Part shown: one piece after another, positions 40,851 to 52,608 of the stretch
Position numbering within the stretch: position 1 is the first letter of the stretch
Layout of the letters: each line of letters starts with the position of its first letter
Assembly: GCA_046597055.1 (NCBI GenBank)
Contig: JBKJLC010000103.1
Location: forward strand, 1 to 64,000
Direction: 5' to 3'
Source: Kofleriaceae bacterium
GTDB taxonomy: Bacteria > Myxococcota_A > Polyangia > Haliangiales > Haliangiaceae
Length of the DNA stretch: 64,000 nucleotides
Position numbers and translations under genes: made by a program
The notes under the pieces: model-generated
Databases searched by the model: none
What the model was told of the DNA's origin: nothing
What the model saw: the letters and a program-made list of their open reading frames with translations, nothing else

Positions 40851-42209
40851 ATGCACGCCAGGACCTGTCTGTTACTTCTCATCGCGACCGTCGCGATGGC
40901 CGCCTGCGAGTTCACGCCGGGCACCGGCGCTGACAACGGCGGCGACGACGGCGCCGTCGTGGGGTTCGATGCGCCCCTCAGCTCGAGCGCCGATGCCGCG
41001 ACCTCGCCCGACGGCCGGGCCCCGACCCCGTCGACCCCCGGCGGCGCGTGCTCGTGCGACGCAGACTGCGCGTCCGAGGGCGCCAACGCCGGGGTCTGCA
41101 TCTACGGCGTGTGCATGACCCGCGCGGCCGGCGCCTGCCCGTCCGGTGGATCGACCCAGGGCTGCCCGGCCGGATCGCGGTGCTGGAACCTGTCGGACAC
41201 CGACGAGGTCGGCCCGCTGTGCTGGCCCGACTGCGCCAGCCACACCTGCAGCGGCACCTGCGACAGCGACCAGTCGTGTGCGCCGGCCGAGGGCGGGGAC
41301 TGCGATCCGGCCTGCGGCGCGGCGTGCAGCTGCACGCCGACCTCGTGCCCGACCGGCGAGATGTGCGTCGGTGGCACGTGCGTCGAGCAGATGAGCGGCG
41401 GCCCCGGCGCCGGACCCGGCCCGGCCTGCCCCGGCTTGCCGGCGCGCGACTGCACCGGAGCGACCTGCGGCCAGCTGGTCTCGTTCAGCCCGCGCACCAG
41501 CGCCGCGTGGGACGACTATCCGATCAACGGCGAGACCGCCGGCAACCAGTACCGGAGCTTCCTGCGCCGCGATCTGCAGATGCTGGTCGCGTACGCGACC
41601 TCGAAGGTCGCCTGCAAGACGGCGGCGTGGTCGGGCGGCAACGGTGGCGCGCTCGGGCTGGGCGACATGAGTGAGGCCAACGGCGCGATCCCGGGCACGT
41701 CGATCGGTCAGCCCGGTCACCCGGCCAACACCCACGTCAGCGGCTACGACATCGACCTCGCCTACTACCAGACCGGCACCGCCAACAACCAGCTGCGTCC
41801 GATCTGCGCGTTCGTCAGCGGTGGCGTCGACCAGAATCACTGCGTCGCCGCGCCCGACAAGCTCGACGTCTGGCGGACCGCGCTGTTCCTCGGCGCGATC
41901 TTCGAGAGCACCCGCACCCGCGTGATCGGCGTCGATGGCCAGGCCGGCCCGCTCCTGATGTCGGCCATCAGCCAGCTGTGCTCGACCGGCTGGCTCGAGG
42001 GGGCCGCGTGCAACAACCTCGCGCTCGCCTACGAGACGACCGACATGAACCTCGGCTGGTTCCGCTTTCACCATCACCACGCGCACATCAGCCTGAAGCG
42101 GGCCAGCCTGATCGAGCCGACCACCCCGCACGGCTGCGCCGCCGACGACTGTGTGCCGACCGCCAAGAGCCGTCCCGGCCGCAGCGCTGGCGTCCATCGC
42201 CTGCGCTGA
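40851..42209 (+). CDS. Cys-rich lipoprotein with MepA-like (LAS) murein endopeptidase domain
   Basis: Lipobox MAAC; Cys-rich repeats; GDMS, HVSGYDID (Hx6D), HAHI (HxH). Confidence 0.72.
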   Translation: MHARTCLLLLIATVAMAACEFTPGTGADNGGDDGAVVGFDAPLSSSADAATSPDGRAPTPSTPGGACSCDADCASEGANAGVCIYGVCMTRAAGACPSGGSTQGCPAGSRCWNLSDTDEVGPLCWPDCASHTCSGTCDSDQSCAPAEGGDCDPACGAACSCTPTSCPTGEMCVGGTCVEQMSGGPGAGPGPACPGLPARDCTGATCGQLVSFSPRTSAAWDDYPINGETAGNQYRSFLRRDLQMLVAYATSKVACKTAAWSGGNGGALGLGDMSEANGAIPGTSIGQPGHPANTHVSGYDIDLAYYQTGTANNQLRPICAFVSGGVDQNHCVAAPDKLDVWRTALFLGAIFESTRTRVIGVDGQAGPLLMSAISQLCSTGWLEGAACNNLALAYETTDMNLGWFRFHHHHAHISLKRASLIEPTTPHGCAADDCVPTAKSRPGRSAGVHRLR

Positions 42210-42245
42210 TCGGTCCCGATGGCCGTCCGCCCGCCGGGCCCCCGC

Positions 42246-44021
42246 CTATTCGGGGCGCAGGCCGCGGTGGTGCCGCTCGGGCGCGGTGGCGCCGGCGAGC
42301 TCGGCCCGGATCTCGGCCGGCAGCGGGAACCAGCGCAGCGCCTCGAAGTCGTCGCTCGGCGCCAGGTCACAGCCGGCCGCGCATCGCATGGGCTCGGCCT
42401 CGTCGCCGCGGGCCGCCGCGGCCGCGCGCTCGGCCAGGATGCGGCGCGCGTCGTCGAGGTACGCCGGCAGCACGCTCTCGGGCTCGGTCGCGTGGCGCGA
42501 CCGGTACTCCATCACGCCCGACCGGTAGGTGACGTCGGTCAGGTGCAGGCTCGCCTCGGGGCGCCCGCGCCGGTGGTGCCACAGGCCGGTATCGGGGTGG
42601 AACCGGTAGTCGGGCAAGAGCCGCCAGCCGTGCTCGGCGACCAGGTGGATCGCGTCGAGCAGGAACTGGAACTGGGTCTCCGACAGGAAGTAGTTGAAGT
42701 TGACCCGGACCCAGCCCGGCTTGATGCCCTCGCAGCCGCGCACGATCTCGCGCTCGAACTCCTTGCTGGTGGCGAGATCGATCCCGAGCAGGCGGTGGCC
42801 GTAGGGCCCGGCGCACGAGCAGCCGCCGCGGGCCTGGATGCCGAACAGATCGTTCAGCAGCGCGACCAGGAAGTTGTGGTGCAGGTACTGGCCGCGGTGG
42901 TGCACGACGAACGACACGATCGACAGCCGCCAGGCGTCGCGGTTGCCGAGGATGCCGATGTGCGGGCTCTGCGACCACGACGCGATCGCGCGCTGGATGA
43001 AGTCGTGCTCGCGATCGCGGATGGTCTGCCAGCCGACCGCCTCCTTGAGCTGGAACACCAGCCCGGCCCGGATCGACTCGATGATCGCCGGGGTCCCGCC
43101 CTCTTCGCGGTGCTCGGGGTCGGCCAGGTAGCGGTGCTCCTCCGGGTTCACGTAGGCGACGGTGCCGCCGCCGGGCACGGTCGGCACCGAGTTGCGGAAC
43201 AGGTGGCGCTTGGCGACCAGCACGCCCGGGGTGCCGGGCCCGCCGATGAACTTGTGCGGCGACAGGAAGACCGCGTCCTTGTAGACCATGTCGCCGTCGG
43301 GCCCGTCGTCGCGCATGTTCATCTCGATCTTCACGTACGGCCCGGCCGCGGCGAAGTCCCAGAACGACAGCGCGCCGTGGCGGTGGAGCACCGCGGCCAC
43401 CGCCCGGGTGTTGGTGCCGATGCCGGTGACGTTCGAGGCGGCCGAGAAGCTGCCGATCTTGAGCGGCCGCGCCGCGTACCGGACCAGCTCGGCCTCGAGC
43501 CGTTCGAGATCGATGCGGCCGTCGGGATCCTCGCCGATGGTCACCACGTCGGCGATCGACTCGCGCCACGGCAGCTCGTTGGAGTGGTGCTCGTACGGGC
43601 CGATGAACACCACCGGCCGCTGATCGGCGGGGATGTGCGCGGACAGGCCGTGACGGGCGTCGAGGTCGGCCGGCAGCCGGAGCTGCATCACGTCGACCAG
43701 CTTGTTGATGGCGCCGGTCGCGCCCGAGCCGCAGAAGATGACGACGTCGTCGGGACCGCCGCCGACCGCCTGCTTGATGACCTGGCGGGCCTCCTCGCGG
43801 AAGCAGGTGGTCTGCCGGCCGGTGCCCGAGGTTTCGGTGTGGGTGTTGGCGTAGAGCGGCATCACCTGCGCGCGGATGAAGTCCTCGATGAAGGTGAGCG
43901 ACCGCCCCGACGCCGTGTAGTCGGCGTAGGTGACGCGGCGGGAGCCATACGGGCCATCGATCGCTTGATCGTCCCCGATGATGGCGCTGCGGATGGTCTC
44001 GATCAGGCGCGCGCTGGTCAC
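42246..44021 (-). CDS. Class V PLP-dependent enzyme (cysteine desulfurase-like)
   Basis: YADYTASG, YANTH, EHHSN, SPHK (PLP Lys), RGGCSCAGPYG. Confidence 0.88.
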   Translation of the reverse strand: MTSARLIETIRSAIIGDDQAIDGPYGSRRVTYADYTASGRSLTFIEDFIRAQVMPLYANTHTETSGTGRQTTCFREEARQVIKQAVGGGPDDVVIFCGSGATGAINKLVDVMQLRLPADLDARHGLSAHIPADQRPVVFIGPYEHHSNELPWRESIADVVTIGEDPDGRIDLERLEAELVRYAARPLKIGSFSAASNVTGIGTNTRAVAAVLHRHGALSFWDFAAAGPYVKIEMNMRDDGPDGDMVYKDAVFLSPHKFIGGPGTPGVLVAKRHLFRNSVPTVPGGGTVAYVNPEEHRYLADPEHREEGGTPAIIESIRAGLVFQLKEAVGWQTIRDREHDFIQRAIASWSQSPHIGILGNRDAWRLSIVSFVVHHRGQYLHHNFLVALLNDLFGIQARGGCSCAGPYGHRLLGIDLATSKEFEREIVRGCEGIKPGWVRVNFNYFLSETQFQFLLDAIHLVAEHGWRLLPDYRFHPDTGLWHHRRGRPEASLHLTDVTYRSGVMEYRSRHATEPESVLPAYLDDARRILAERAAAAARGDEAEPMRCAAGCDLAPSDDFEALRWFPLPAEIRAELAGATAPERHHRGLRPE

Positions 44022-44075
44022 CCCCCGGTTCTACCGCGCCTCGGCGGCGATCACCCTGCGCTATGGTCCGCGTCC

Positions 44076-44939
44076 ATGCGCACCGCGTTTCTTGGCACCG
44101 GCCTGCTCGGCTCCGGCTTCGTCCGCCACCTGCTGGCCACCACCGGGTCGGTCACGGTCTGGAACCGCACTCCCGGCAAGACCACCGCCCTGGCCGGGGC
44201 CGGGGCCGTGGTCGCCGCCAGTCCGGCCGCGGCGGTCGCCGACGCCGAGCTGATCCACCTGTGCCTGCGCGACGACCCGGCGGTCGACGAGGTCCTCGCC
44301 GCCGCGCTGCCCGGCGCGTCGCCAGCCGCGATCGTCGTCGATCACACCACCACCTCGGCCGCCGGCGCGGTGGCCCGGGGCGCGCGCCTGGCCGCGGCCG
44401 GGCGCGGCTTCCTGCACGCGCCGGTGTTCATGTCGCCGGCCGCCGCCCGCGACGGCAAGGGCATCATGCTGTGCGCCGGCCCGAGCGCGGTCTTCGCCGC
44501 CGTCCAGGCCACGCTCGCCACCATGACCGGCGACGTCTGGTACGTCGGCGACGATCTGCGCCGCGCGGCCGGGCTCAAGCTGCTCGGCAACGCGATGCTG
44601 ATCACGATCGCGGCCGGCCTGGCCGACACCTTCACGCTGGGCCGCGCCCTCGAGATCAGCGCCGACGACACCCATGCCCTGCTCGCCCGCCTCAAGCCAG
44701 GCGGCTCGATCGACGTCCGCGGCAAGCGCATGGCCGGCGCCGATTTCGCCGCCAGCTTCGAGCTCGGCATGGCCCGCAAGGATCTCGGGCTCATGCTCGC
44801 GGCCGTCGGCGACGCGCCCCTGGCCGTGCTGGCTGCGATCGCGGCCCGGGCCGACCAGCTGATCGCGGCCGGCCATGCCGCCGACGACCTCGGGGTGCTC
44901 GCGATCGACGCGGTGGCCCCGGCCGGACGCCCGGCCTGA
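44076..44939 (+). CDS. NAD(P)-dependent oxidoreductase, beta-hydroxyacid dehydrogenase family
   Basis: LGTGLLG, VWNRT, DHTT, APV, KLLGN, KDL. Confidence 0.85.
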   Translation: MRTAFLGTGLLGSGFVRHLLATTGSVTVWNRTPGKTTALAGAGAVVAASPAAAVADAELIHLCLRDDPAVDEVLAAALPGASPAAIVVDHTTTSAAGAVARGARLAAAGRGFLHAPVFMSPAAARDGKGIMLCAGPSAVFAAVQATLATMTGDVWYVGDDLRRAAGLKLLGNAMLITIAAGLADTFTLGRALEISADDTHALLARLKPGGSIDVRGKRMAGADFAASFELGMARKDLGLMLAAVGDAPLAVLAAIAARADQLIAAGHAADDLGVLAIDAVAPAGRPA

Positions 44940-44974
44940 CCCCATCCGTCATCACGGATAAATTTCCTTCATCC

Positions 44975-45003
44975 TTGACACCCCATCCTCTGTAGTAGAG
45001 GAT
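44975..45003 (+). promoter_or_regulatory. sigma70-like cysDN promoter with overlapping inverted repeat
   Basis: TTGACA at 44975; ATCCTCT-N5-AGAGGAT at 44985-45003 covers the -10 position. Confidence 0.55.
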
Positions 45004-45011
45004 TGTCCGTC

Positions 45012-46013
45012 ATGGCAGACGTCGCCTCTGCTGTTCTCTCGCCCGACCCAGGTCTCGCGCCCGCTGCTGGGGTCGGTGCCGCGTCGGCCCAGGCCCCGCG
45101 CGCCCTCGACGGCCGCCGCCTGACCCACCTGCGCCAGCTGGAGGCCGAGAGCATCCACGTCCTGCGCGAGGTCGCCGCCGAGTTCGACCGGCCGGTGATG
45201 CTGTACTCGATCGGCAAGGACAGCTCGGTGATGGTGCGGCTGGCCCAGAAGGCGTTCGCGCCCGGCCCGCTGCCGTTCCCGCTGCTCCACATCGACACCA
45301 CCTGGAAGTTCCAGGCGATGTACGCGTTCCGCGACCAGTTCTGTCGCGACCAGAAGCTCGATCTGCGGGTCCACCGCAACCTGCGCGGGCTGGCCGACGG
45401 CATCAACCCGTTCGATCACGGCAGCAACAAGTACACGCAGATCATGAAGACGCACGCGCTGCTCGAGGCGCTGCGCGAGGGCGGCTACGACGCCGCGTTC
45501 GGCGGCGCCCGGCGCGACGAGGAGCGCTCGCGCGCCAAGGAGCGCATCTACTCGTTCCGCGATCGCCACGGCCAGTGGGATCCCAAGAACCAGCGCCCCG
45601 AGCTGTGGAACCTCTACAACGGCAAGGTCAAGAAGGGCGAGACCATCCGCGCCTTCCCCCTGTCGAACTGGACCGAGCTCGACGTCTGGCAGTACATCTG
45701 GCTCGAGAACATCCCGATCGTGCCGCTGTACCTGGCGGCGCCGCGGCCGGTGGTCGAGCGCGACGGCACCTTGATCATGGTCGATGACGACCGCCTGCGG
45801 CTCGCCCCTGGCGAGACGCCGAAGCTCGAGACCGTGCGGTTCCGCACCCTCGGCTGCTACCCCCTGTCGGGCGCCGTGCGCTCGACCGCGACCACCCTGC
45901 CCGAGATCATCCGGGAGATGCTGCTCGCGACCCACAGCGAGCGCCAGGGCCGGCTCATCGACCACGACGAAGAAGGGTCGATGGAGCTGAAGAAGCGCGA
46001 GGGTTACTTCTAG
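45012..46013 (+). CDS. cysD: Sulfate adenylyltransferase subunit 2
   Basis: [36 protein letters not shown]. Confidence 0.96.
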   Translation: MADVASAVLSPDPGLAPAAGVGAASAQAPRALDGRRLTHLRQLEAESIHVLREVAAEFDRPVMLYSIGKDSSVMVRLAQKAFAPGPLPFPLLHIDTTWKFQAMYAFRDQFCRDQKLDLRVHRNLRGLADGINPFDHGSNKYTQIMKTHALLEALREGGYDAAFGGARRDEERSRAKERIYSFRDRHGQWDPKNQRPELWNLYNGKVKKGETIRAFPLSNWTELDVWQYIWLENIPIVPLYLAAPRPVVERDGTLIMVDDDRLRLAPGETPKLETVRFRTLGCYPLSGAVRSTATTLPEIIREMLLATHSERQGRLIDHDEEGSMELKKREGYF

Positions 46014-46036
46014 CCCCTAGCGACAGGCGATCCCCG

Positions 46037-47680
46037 ATGTTCGATCTCGATTCCGCCCTGATCCGCACTGACGTCGTCGCCTACCTCCGGCAGCACGAGC
46101 AGAAGGATCTGCTTCGCCTGGTGGTCATCGGCTCGGTCGACGACGGCAAGTCCACGCTGATCGGCCGGCTACTCCACGACAGCCACGGCATCTACGAGGA
46201 CCAGCTGGAGGCGGTGCGCCGGGCCTCGGCCAAGGGCGCCACCCGCGGCGCCGACTCGGCGGGCGTGCTCGATCTGTCGCTCCTGACCGACGGCCTGCGC
46301 GCCGAGCGCGAGCAGGGCATCACGATCGACGTCGCCTACCGCTACTTCTCGACCACCCGGCGCAAGTTCATCATCGCCGACACTCCCGGGCACGTGCAGT
46401 ACACGCGCAACATGGCGACCGGGGCCTCGACCGCCGACGTCGCCGTGATCCTGATCGACGCGCGCCACGGCGTGCTGGCCCAGACCCGCCGCCACGCCTA
46501 CATCGCCGCCCTGCTCGGCATCCCGCACCTGGTCGCGTGCGTGAACAAGATGGACCTGGTCGGCTGGGACCCGGCGGTGTTCACCCGGATCGCCGGCGAG
46601 CTGGCCACGTTCGGCACCCGGCTCGGGATCCCCGACGTGCGCTGCCTGCCGGTGTCGGCGCTGCGCGGCGACCAGATCGTGCACCGCGGCGACGGTGCGC
46701 CCTGGTACCAGGGGCCGACCCTGCTCGAGCACCTCGAGCAGGTCCCGATCGGCGGCGACCGCAACCTCGGCGACATGCGGTTTCCGGTCCAGTACGTGAT
46801 CCGGCCCGACCTCGACTACCGGGGGTTCGCCGGCCAGCTCGCCGCCGGCGTGGTCGCGGTCGGCGACGAGGTGGTCGCGCTGCCGTCCGGGCGGCGCAGC
46901 CGGGTCATTGCGATCGACACCTACGACGGTCCGCTGACCGAGGCGTTCGCGCCGATGAGCGTGACCGTCCGGCTGGCGGACGAGATCGATCTCAGCCGCG
47001 GCGACATGCTGATCCACGCCGACGGCGCGCACCCGCCCGCGGTCGCCCGCGAGATCGACGCCACCCTGGTGTGGATGGCCGAGACGCCGATGGATCCGGC
47101 CCGGACCTACCTGCTCAAGCACACGACCCGGATGGTCCGCTGCGACATCGCGAGCGTCGGCGGCGTGATCTCGCCGGAGACGCTGGCGCCCCAGCCGGCG
47201 CCGCGGCTGGCGCTCAACGAGATCGGGCGGGTGACCCTGCGCTGCCACACCCCGCTGTTCGTCGATCCCTACCCGGTCAACCGGGCGACCGGCGCGTTCA
47301 TCCTGATCGACGGCCTGACCCACGACACGGTCGCGGCCGGCATGATCGCCCGCGCGATCACCGACGATGCCGCGCGGGCCCGCTCGCTGGTCAGCCCCGA
47401 CGAGCGCGCCGCCCGCAGCGGCCACGTCGGCGCCGTGATCACGGTCGGCGGCGACGATCTCGACGACGCCCGCACCCGCGCGTACCTGGTCGAGCGCGCG
47501 CTGTTCGATGGCGGCTGGCACGCGGTGGTGGTCCCCGCGATCGCCGCCGGTGCCCTGGCCGAGGCGGCCTTGATCGCCGTGGTCGCCGATCCGTCGGCGC
47601 CGGAGCTGCTCGCGATCGCGCCCGATGTCGACCCGCGCCTGCGCGACGTCGCGGTCACCGCGCTGTCCCCGACCTACTGA
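46037..47680 (+). CDS. cysN: Sulfate adenylyltransferase subunit 1 (GTPase) with vestigial C-terminal APS-kinase-like tail
   Basis: GSVDDGKST, EREQGITIDVAY, DTPGH, NKMD. Confidence 0.95.
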   Translation: MFDLDSALIRTDVVAYLRQHEQKDLLRLVVIGSVDDGKSTLIGRLLHDSHGIYEDQLEAVRRASAKGATRGADSAGVLDLSLLTDGLRAEREQGITIDVAYRYFSTTRRKFIIADTPGHVQYTRNMATGASTADVAVILIDARHGVLAQTRRHAYIAALLGIPHLVACVNKMDLVGWDPAVFTRIAGELATFGTRLGIPDVRCLPVSALRGDQIVHRGDGAPWYQGPTLLEHLEQVPIGGDRNLGDMRFPVQYVIRPDLDYRGFAGQLAAGVVAVGDEVVALPSGRRSRVIAIDTYDGPLTEAFAPMSVTVRLADEIDLSRGDMLIHADGAHPPAVAREIDATLVWMAETPMDPARTYLLKHTTRMVRCDIASVGGVISPETLAPQPAPRLALNEIGRVTLRCHTPLFVDPYPVNRATGAFILIDGLTHDTVAAGMIARAITDDAARARSLVSPDERAARSGHVGAVITVGGDDLDDARTRAYLVERALFDGGWHAVVVPAIAAGALAEAALIAVVADPSAPELLAIAPDVDPRLRDVAVTALSPTY

Positions 47681-47794
47681 TCGCCGCGGCTGGCGCCGCC
47701 ACCGCGGCCACAGCCCGAGTCACCCGACGAGGGTGACCCCCATGCTCGTCGAGTCCGGCTTGCATGCGGGCATGATCCCCTCGAAGCTCGGGCG

Positions 47795-48904
47795 GTGGAA
47801 GCAGCTGGCGAGATCCGGGCGCGGGTCCTGGTGGTGGACGACGAGCCACGGAACCGGGCGCTGCTGGTTGGCGTGCTCGGGCCGGACCACGACGTGATCG
47901 AGGCGGCGTCGGGCGAGGACGCGCTGGACCTCCTCGGCCGCGAGCCGATCGACCTGGTCCTGCTCGACGTGATGATGCCGGGGATGAACGGCTTCGACAC
48001 CTGCCGCGAGATCAAGCGGCGCCACGCCGAGCCGTACCTGCCGGTCCTGCTGCTGACCGCGCTGTCCGATCAGGACAGCCGGGTGCTCGGCTTCGAGGCG
48101 GGCGCCGACGACTTCCTGCCCAAGCCGTTCGATCGCCGCGAGCTGTTGCTGCGGACCCGCGCGTTCCTGCGCCTGCGCGATCAAGACGGTCGCATCCGCC
48201 GCCAGCTCGGCGAGATGCGCGAGCTCGATCGGCTCAAGGACGATCTGGCCGCGCTGGTGGTCCACGATCTGCGTAATCCGCTGGCCGGGCTCGACGGCCT
48301 GCTGTGGGTGCTCAAGAACGACGCGATCGAGGGCGACCAGCGCGATCTGCTCGAGGGCGCGATGACCGCGTCGCGCCACCTGCGTCACGCGATCGAGGAC
48401 ATGCTCAAGGTCCGCCTGATCGAGCAGCAGGCGCTCGAGCTCGATCGCCAGCCGACGTCGATGCACGCGGTCGCCGCGCTGGCGGTCGGCATGCTCGACG
48501 GCGATGCCCGCGCGCGCGGCCTGGCCATCGAGCTCACCGGCGACGACGTGGTCGCCGCGGTCGACGCCGGGCTGGTCCGCCGTGCGGTCGAGAACCTGCT
48601 CGCCAACGCGCTCCGCTTCACCCGGCCGCGCACGACGGTGTCGGTGGTGGTCGACAGCGACGGCGAGGCGGTCGAGATCGCGGTCGGCGATCGCGGCCCC
48701 GGCATCCCCGACGCGCAGAAACGCGACGTCTTCGCCAAGTACGCGTCGGCCGAGGGCGCGACCGGCCACGTCCGTCGCGGCAACGGCCTGGGCCTGTACC
48801 TGGTCGAGCTGACCGCGCTGGCCCACGGCGGCTTCGCGTCGGTCGAGGATCGGCCGGGTGGCGGCGCGCTGTTTCGCATCCGGCTGCCGCGCATCCGGGC
48901 CTGA
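47795..48904 (+). CDS. Hybrid kinase, REC-HisKA-HATPase
   Basis: VVDDE, LDVMMP, KPF, VHDLRNPL, NLLANA, GLGL. Confidence 0.9.
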   Translation: MEAAGEIRARVLVVDDEPRNRALLVGVLGPDHDVIEAASGEDALDLLGREPIDLVLLDVMMPGMNGFDTCREIKRRHAEPYLPVLLLTALSDQDSRVLGFEAGADDFLPKPFDRRELLLRTRAFLRLRDQDGRIRRQLGEMRELDRLKDDLAALVVHDLRNPLAGLDGLLWVLKNDAIEGDQRDLLEGAMTASRHLRHAIEDMLKVRLIEQQALELDRQPTSMHAVAALAVGMLDGDARARGLAIELTGDDVVAAVDAGLVRRAVENLLANALRFTRPRTTVSVVVDSDGEAVEIAVGDRGPGIPDAQKRDVFAKYASAEGATGHVRRGNGLGLYLVELTALAHGGFASVEDRPGGGALFRIRLPRIRA

Positions 48905-48967
48905 CCGGGCGACTCACAACCCGCCGTCGCGGCCTCACGAGGTGTCGAGCAAAGCCTTTACACCTCT

Positions 48968-49207
48968 TCAGTCGGTCGGCTCGGGAAACGGCGAGCCCGG
49001 CGACGGCCCTTGCTCGTCGTCAGCCTCGGCGCGGTGGACGACGTCGGGCTGGTAGCCGTCCTTCGACGTCGGGCGCCGCTCCGCCTCGACCGCTTCGGCC
49101 TCGTCGAGCGGCCGCGGCTGACGTGCCTCGAGCTCGCCGTCGTTGCGGTCCGAGTCCTTGGCGCGGTCGTCGCCATGCTGCTGGCTGGATTGTCTGGGAT
49201 CGGGCAT
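48968..49207 (-). CDS. Small acidic hydrophilic protein
   Basis: GAGG RBS before ATG 49207; charged, low-complexity 79 aa; downstream of ligD. Confidence 0.45.
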   Translation of the reverse strand: MPDPRQSSQQHGDDRAKDSDRNDGELEARQPRPLDEAEAVEAERRPTSKDGYQPDVVHRAEADDEQGPSPGSPFPEPTD

Positions 49208-49269
49208 CGGGGCCTCTGCGCGGGTTGCTGGGTGAGGGTCGGACGCACGCGGCGCGGCCGCAGCTCGGG

Positions 49270-50931
49270 TCAAGCGGGACGGCCGCCGAGCTTCCGCCAA
49301 GCCGCGGCGGTGATCGCCTGGCGCGCGGCGCCGATGTCGGCCCACGGATCGCCGCCGCGGGCGTCGAGGCGCGCCGGCACCGTCGTCACCGTCAGCGCGG
49401 CCGGGACCACGGCGGGCAACTCGGCCCAATCGATCGGCGTCGCCACCGGCGCGCCCGACCGGCGCCGCGGCGAGTAGGGCGTGATGAACGTGGCGCCGCG
49501 CGCGTTGCGCAGATAGTCGACGAAGATCCGGCCAGCCCGGCGGGCCTTGAGCGGGTTGGCGGTGAACCGATCGGGCGCATCGGCGGTCATGCGGTCCGCG
49601 ATCGCCTTGGCAAACGCCTTGTGCTCGTCCCAGCCGGTGCGGCGCGCGAGCGGCGCGACCACGTGCACGCCCTTGCCCCCGGTGGTGGTGACGAAGGTCT
49701 CGAGCCCGAGCTCCTGGAGCCGCGCGCGCAGCTCGAGCGCGGCCTCGACCACGCGGGCCCACGGCAGAGCGGGATCCGGATCGAGGTCCATCACGAGGCG
49801 GTCGGGTCGCTCGAGCTTGTCGGCGCGACAGCCCCACGCATGGATCTCGAGCGAGCCCAGCTGCGCGAGCGCGACCAGGCCGGCCAGATCGTCGACGCGC
49901 ATGTACGGGCCGACGCCGTCGTCCTCGGGAATCTCGATCTGACCGACCGAAGCCGGCACGCCCTTGCCTGCGTGCTTCTGGTACCAGCACTCCTTGCCGA
50001 CGCCGTTGGGACAGCGCACCAGCGTGAGCGGCCGGCCGGCGACGTGGGCCAGCAGCTTGTCGGCGACCACCGCGAGGTACGCGACCAGCGCGGCCTTGGT
50101 GAGGCCCTGGTCGGGGTAGAGGACCTTGTCGAGGTTGGTGAGCGGAAACGGCAGCGGCAGGCCGCGCACCAACGCCGTGAGCTGATCGGAGGACGCGGAC
50201 TTCGCCGACTCTGCCGCCGCCGATGGGCTCGATGCCGCCAGCGGCGCCTTCGCGGTCGCCGCTGCGCGCGCCCGCGGCTTCGCGGTGCGCTTGGCCGGCG
50301 TGCGGGCGGCCCGGTTCGAATGCCACACCCGATCGGCCGTCTGCGCGACCTCCTCGACGGTGCGGCCGGTGATCACGCTCTCGGGCCGCGCCGCGATGAT
50401 GTCGGTGTCGTGACTGGCCGCCTCGTCACGTCCCTTGAACAGCAGCCAGTGCTCGGCCTTGCCCTCGGCCCGAGTGCGCACGAGGTGCCAGCGCCCGCGC
50501 AGCTTTTCGCCGGCGAGCGCGAACGTCAGCCGTCCGCGGCGCAGGCCGTCGCGCGGGTCGCCATCTGCGGTCCAGCTGCCGCGATCCCACACGACGACGG
50601 CGCCGCCCCCATACTCGCCGGCCGGAATCACGCCCTCGAAGTCCGCGTAATCGATCGGATGGTCCTCGGTGCGCACCGCGAGCCGTCGGTCGCCCGGCGC
50701 CAGGCTCGGCCCTCGCGGCACTGACCAGCTGAGCAACACGCCATCGAGCTCGAGCCGAAAGTCGTAGTGGAGCGAGCGGGCCGCGTGTTTCTGCACGACG
50801 AAGCCCGGGAGACCGTCAGTCCGCGGCTGCGGCGCTCCGCTCGGCTCCGACGTGCGCGAGAAGTCGCGCATCGCCTGGTACTGAGTCAGTGAGCGCGCGA
50901 CCGGCGGGCGCTGGCGTGAGGTCGCAGGCAT
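49270..50931 (-). CDS. ligD: LigD-like phosphoesterase + polymerase fusion lacking the ligase domain
   Basis: PE: FVVQKHAARSLHYDFRLE, TEDHP; POL: TNLDKVLYP, DLDP, TGGKGVH, DYLRN; no KxDG ligase region between them. Confidence 0.88.
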   Translation of the reverse strand: MPATSRQRPPVARSLTQYQAMRDFSRTSEPSGAPQPRTDGLPGFVVQKHAARSLHYDFRLELDGVLLSWSVPRGPSLAPGDRRLAVRTEDHPIDYADFEGVIPAGEYGGGAVVVWDRGSWTADGDPRDGLRRGRLTFALAGEKLRGRWHLVRTRAEGKAEHWLLFKGRDEAASHDTDIIAARPESVITGRTVEEVAQTADRVWHSNRAARTPAKRTAKPRARAAATAKAPLAASSPSAAAESAKSASSDQLTALVRGLPLPFPLTNLDKVLYPDQGLTKAALVAYLAVVADKLLAHVAGRPLTLVRCPNGVGKECWYQKHAGKGVPASVGQIEIPEDDGVGPYMRVDDLAGLVALAQLGSLEIHAWGCRADKLERPDRLVMDLDPDPALPWARVVEAALELRARLQELGLETFVTTTGGKGVHVVAPLARRTGWDEHKAFAKAIADRMTADAPDRFTANPLKARRAGRIFVDYLRNARGATFITPYSPRRRSGAPVATPIDWAELPAVVPAALTVTTVPARLDARGGDPWADIGAARQAITAAAWRKLGGRPA

Positions 50932-50943
50932 GTCCGGGACTCT

Positions 50944-50959
50944 TGCAGTCGCGATGCCA
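50944..50959 (-). promoter_or_regulatory. sigma54 -24/-12 promoter of ligD-like gene
   Basis: TGGCATCGCGACTGCA = GG-N10-GC, 12 nt upstream of ATG 50931. Confidence 0.6.
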
Positions 50960-51234
50960 GCGACCGCGCGCTGGTGGCGCACGTGCGGCCGCGCACGGTG
51001 TGCGTACCCGGGCGAACCCGGCGCCGAATAGCGTCACGCCGGTGAACGCGCCAGAGGAGCGCGGCGCCGAGCCGGCGGTCAGGCTCGCGCAACCACAGCG
51101 CAAAATGCCGTCGTGGCCGCACGACAACTGAGATGTTCCGCCCGTGCCAGGTCGGCGTCCACCGTATGCACGGCGCGGCCCGCGATCATCGGGCGGAGCG
51201 CTCCCGAGCTCGCAGATACCCGCCGGACGCGCGG

Positions 51235-52608
<1,374 letters not shown>

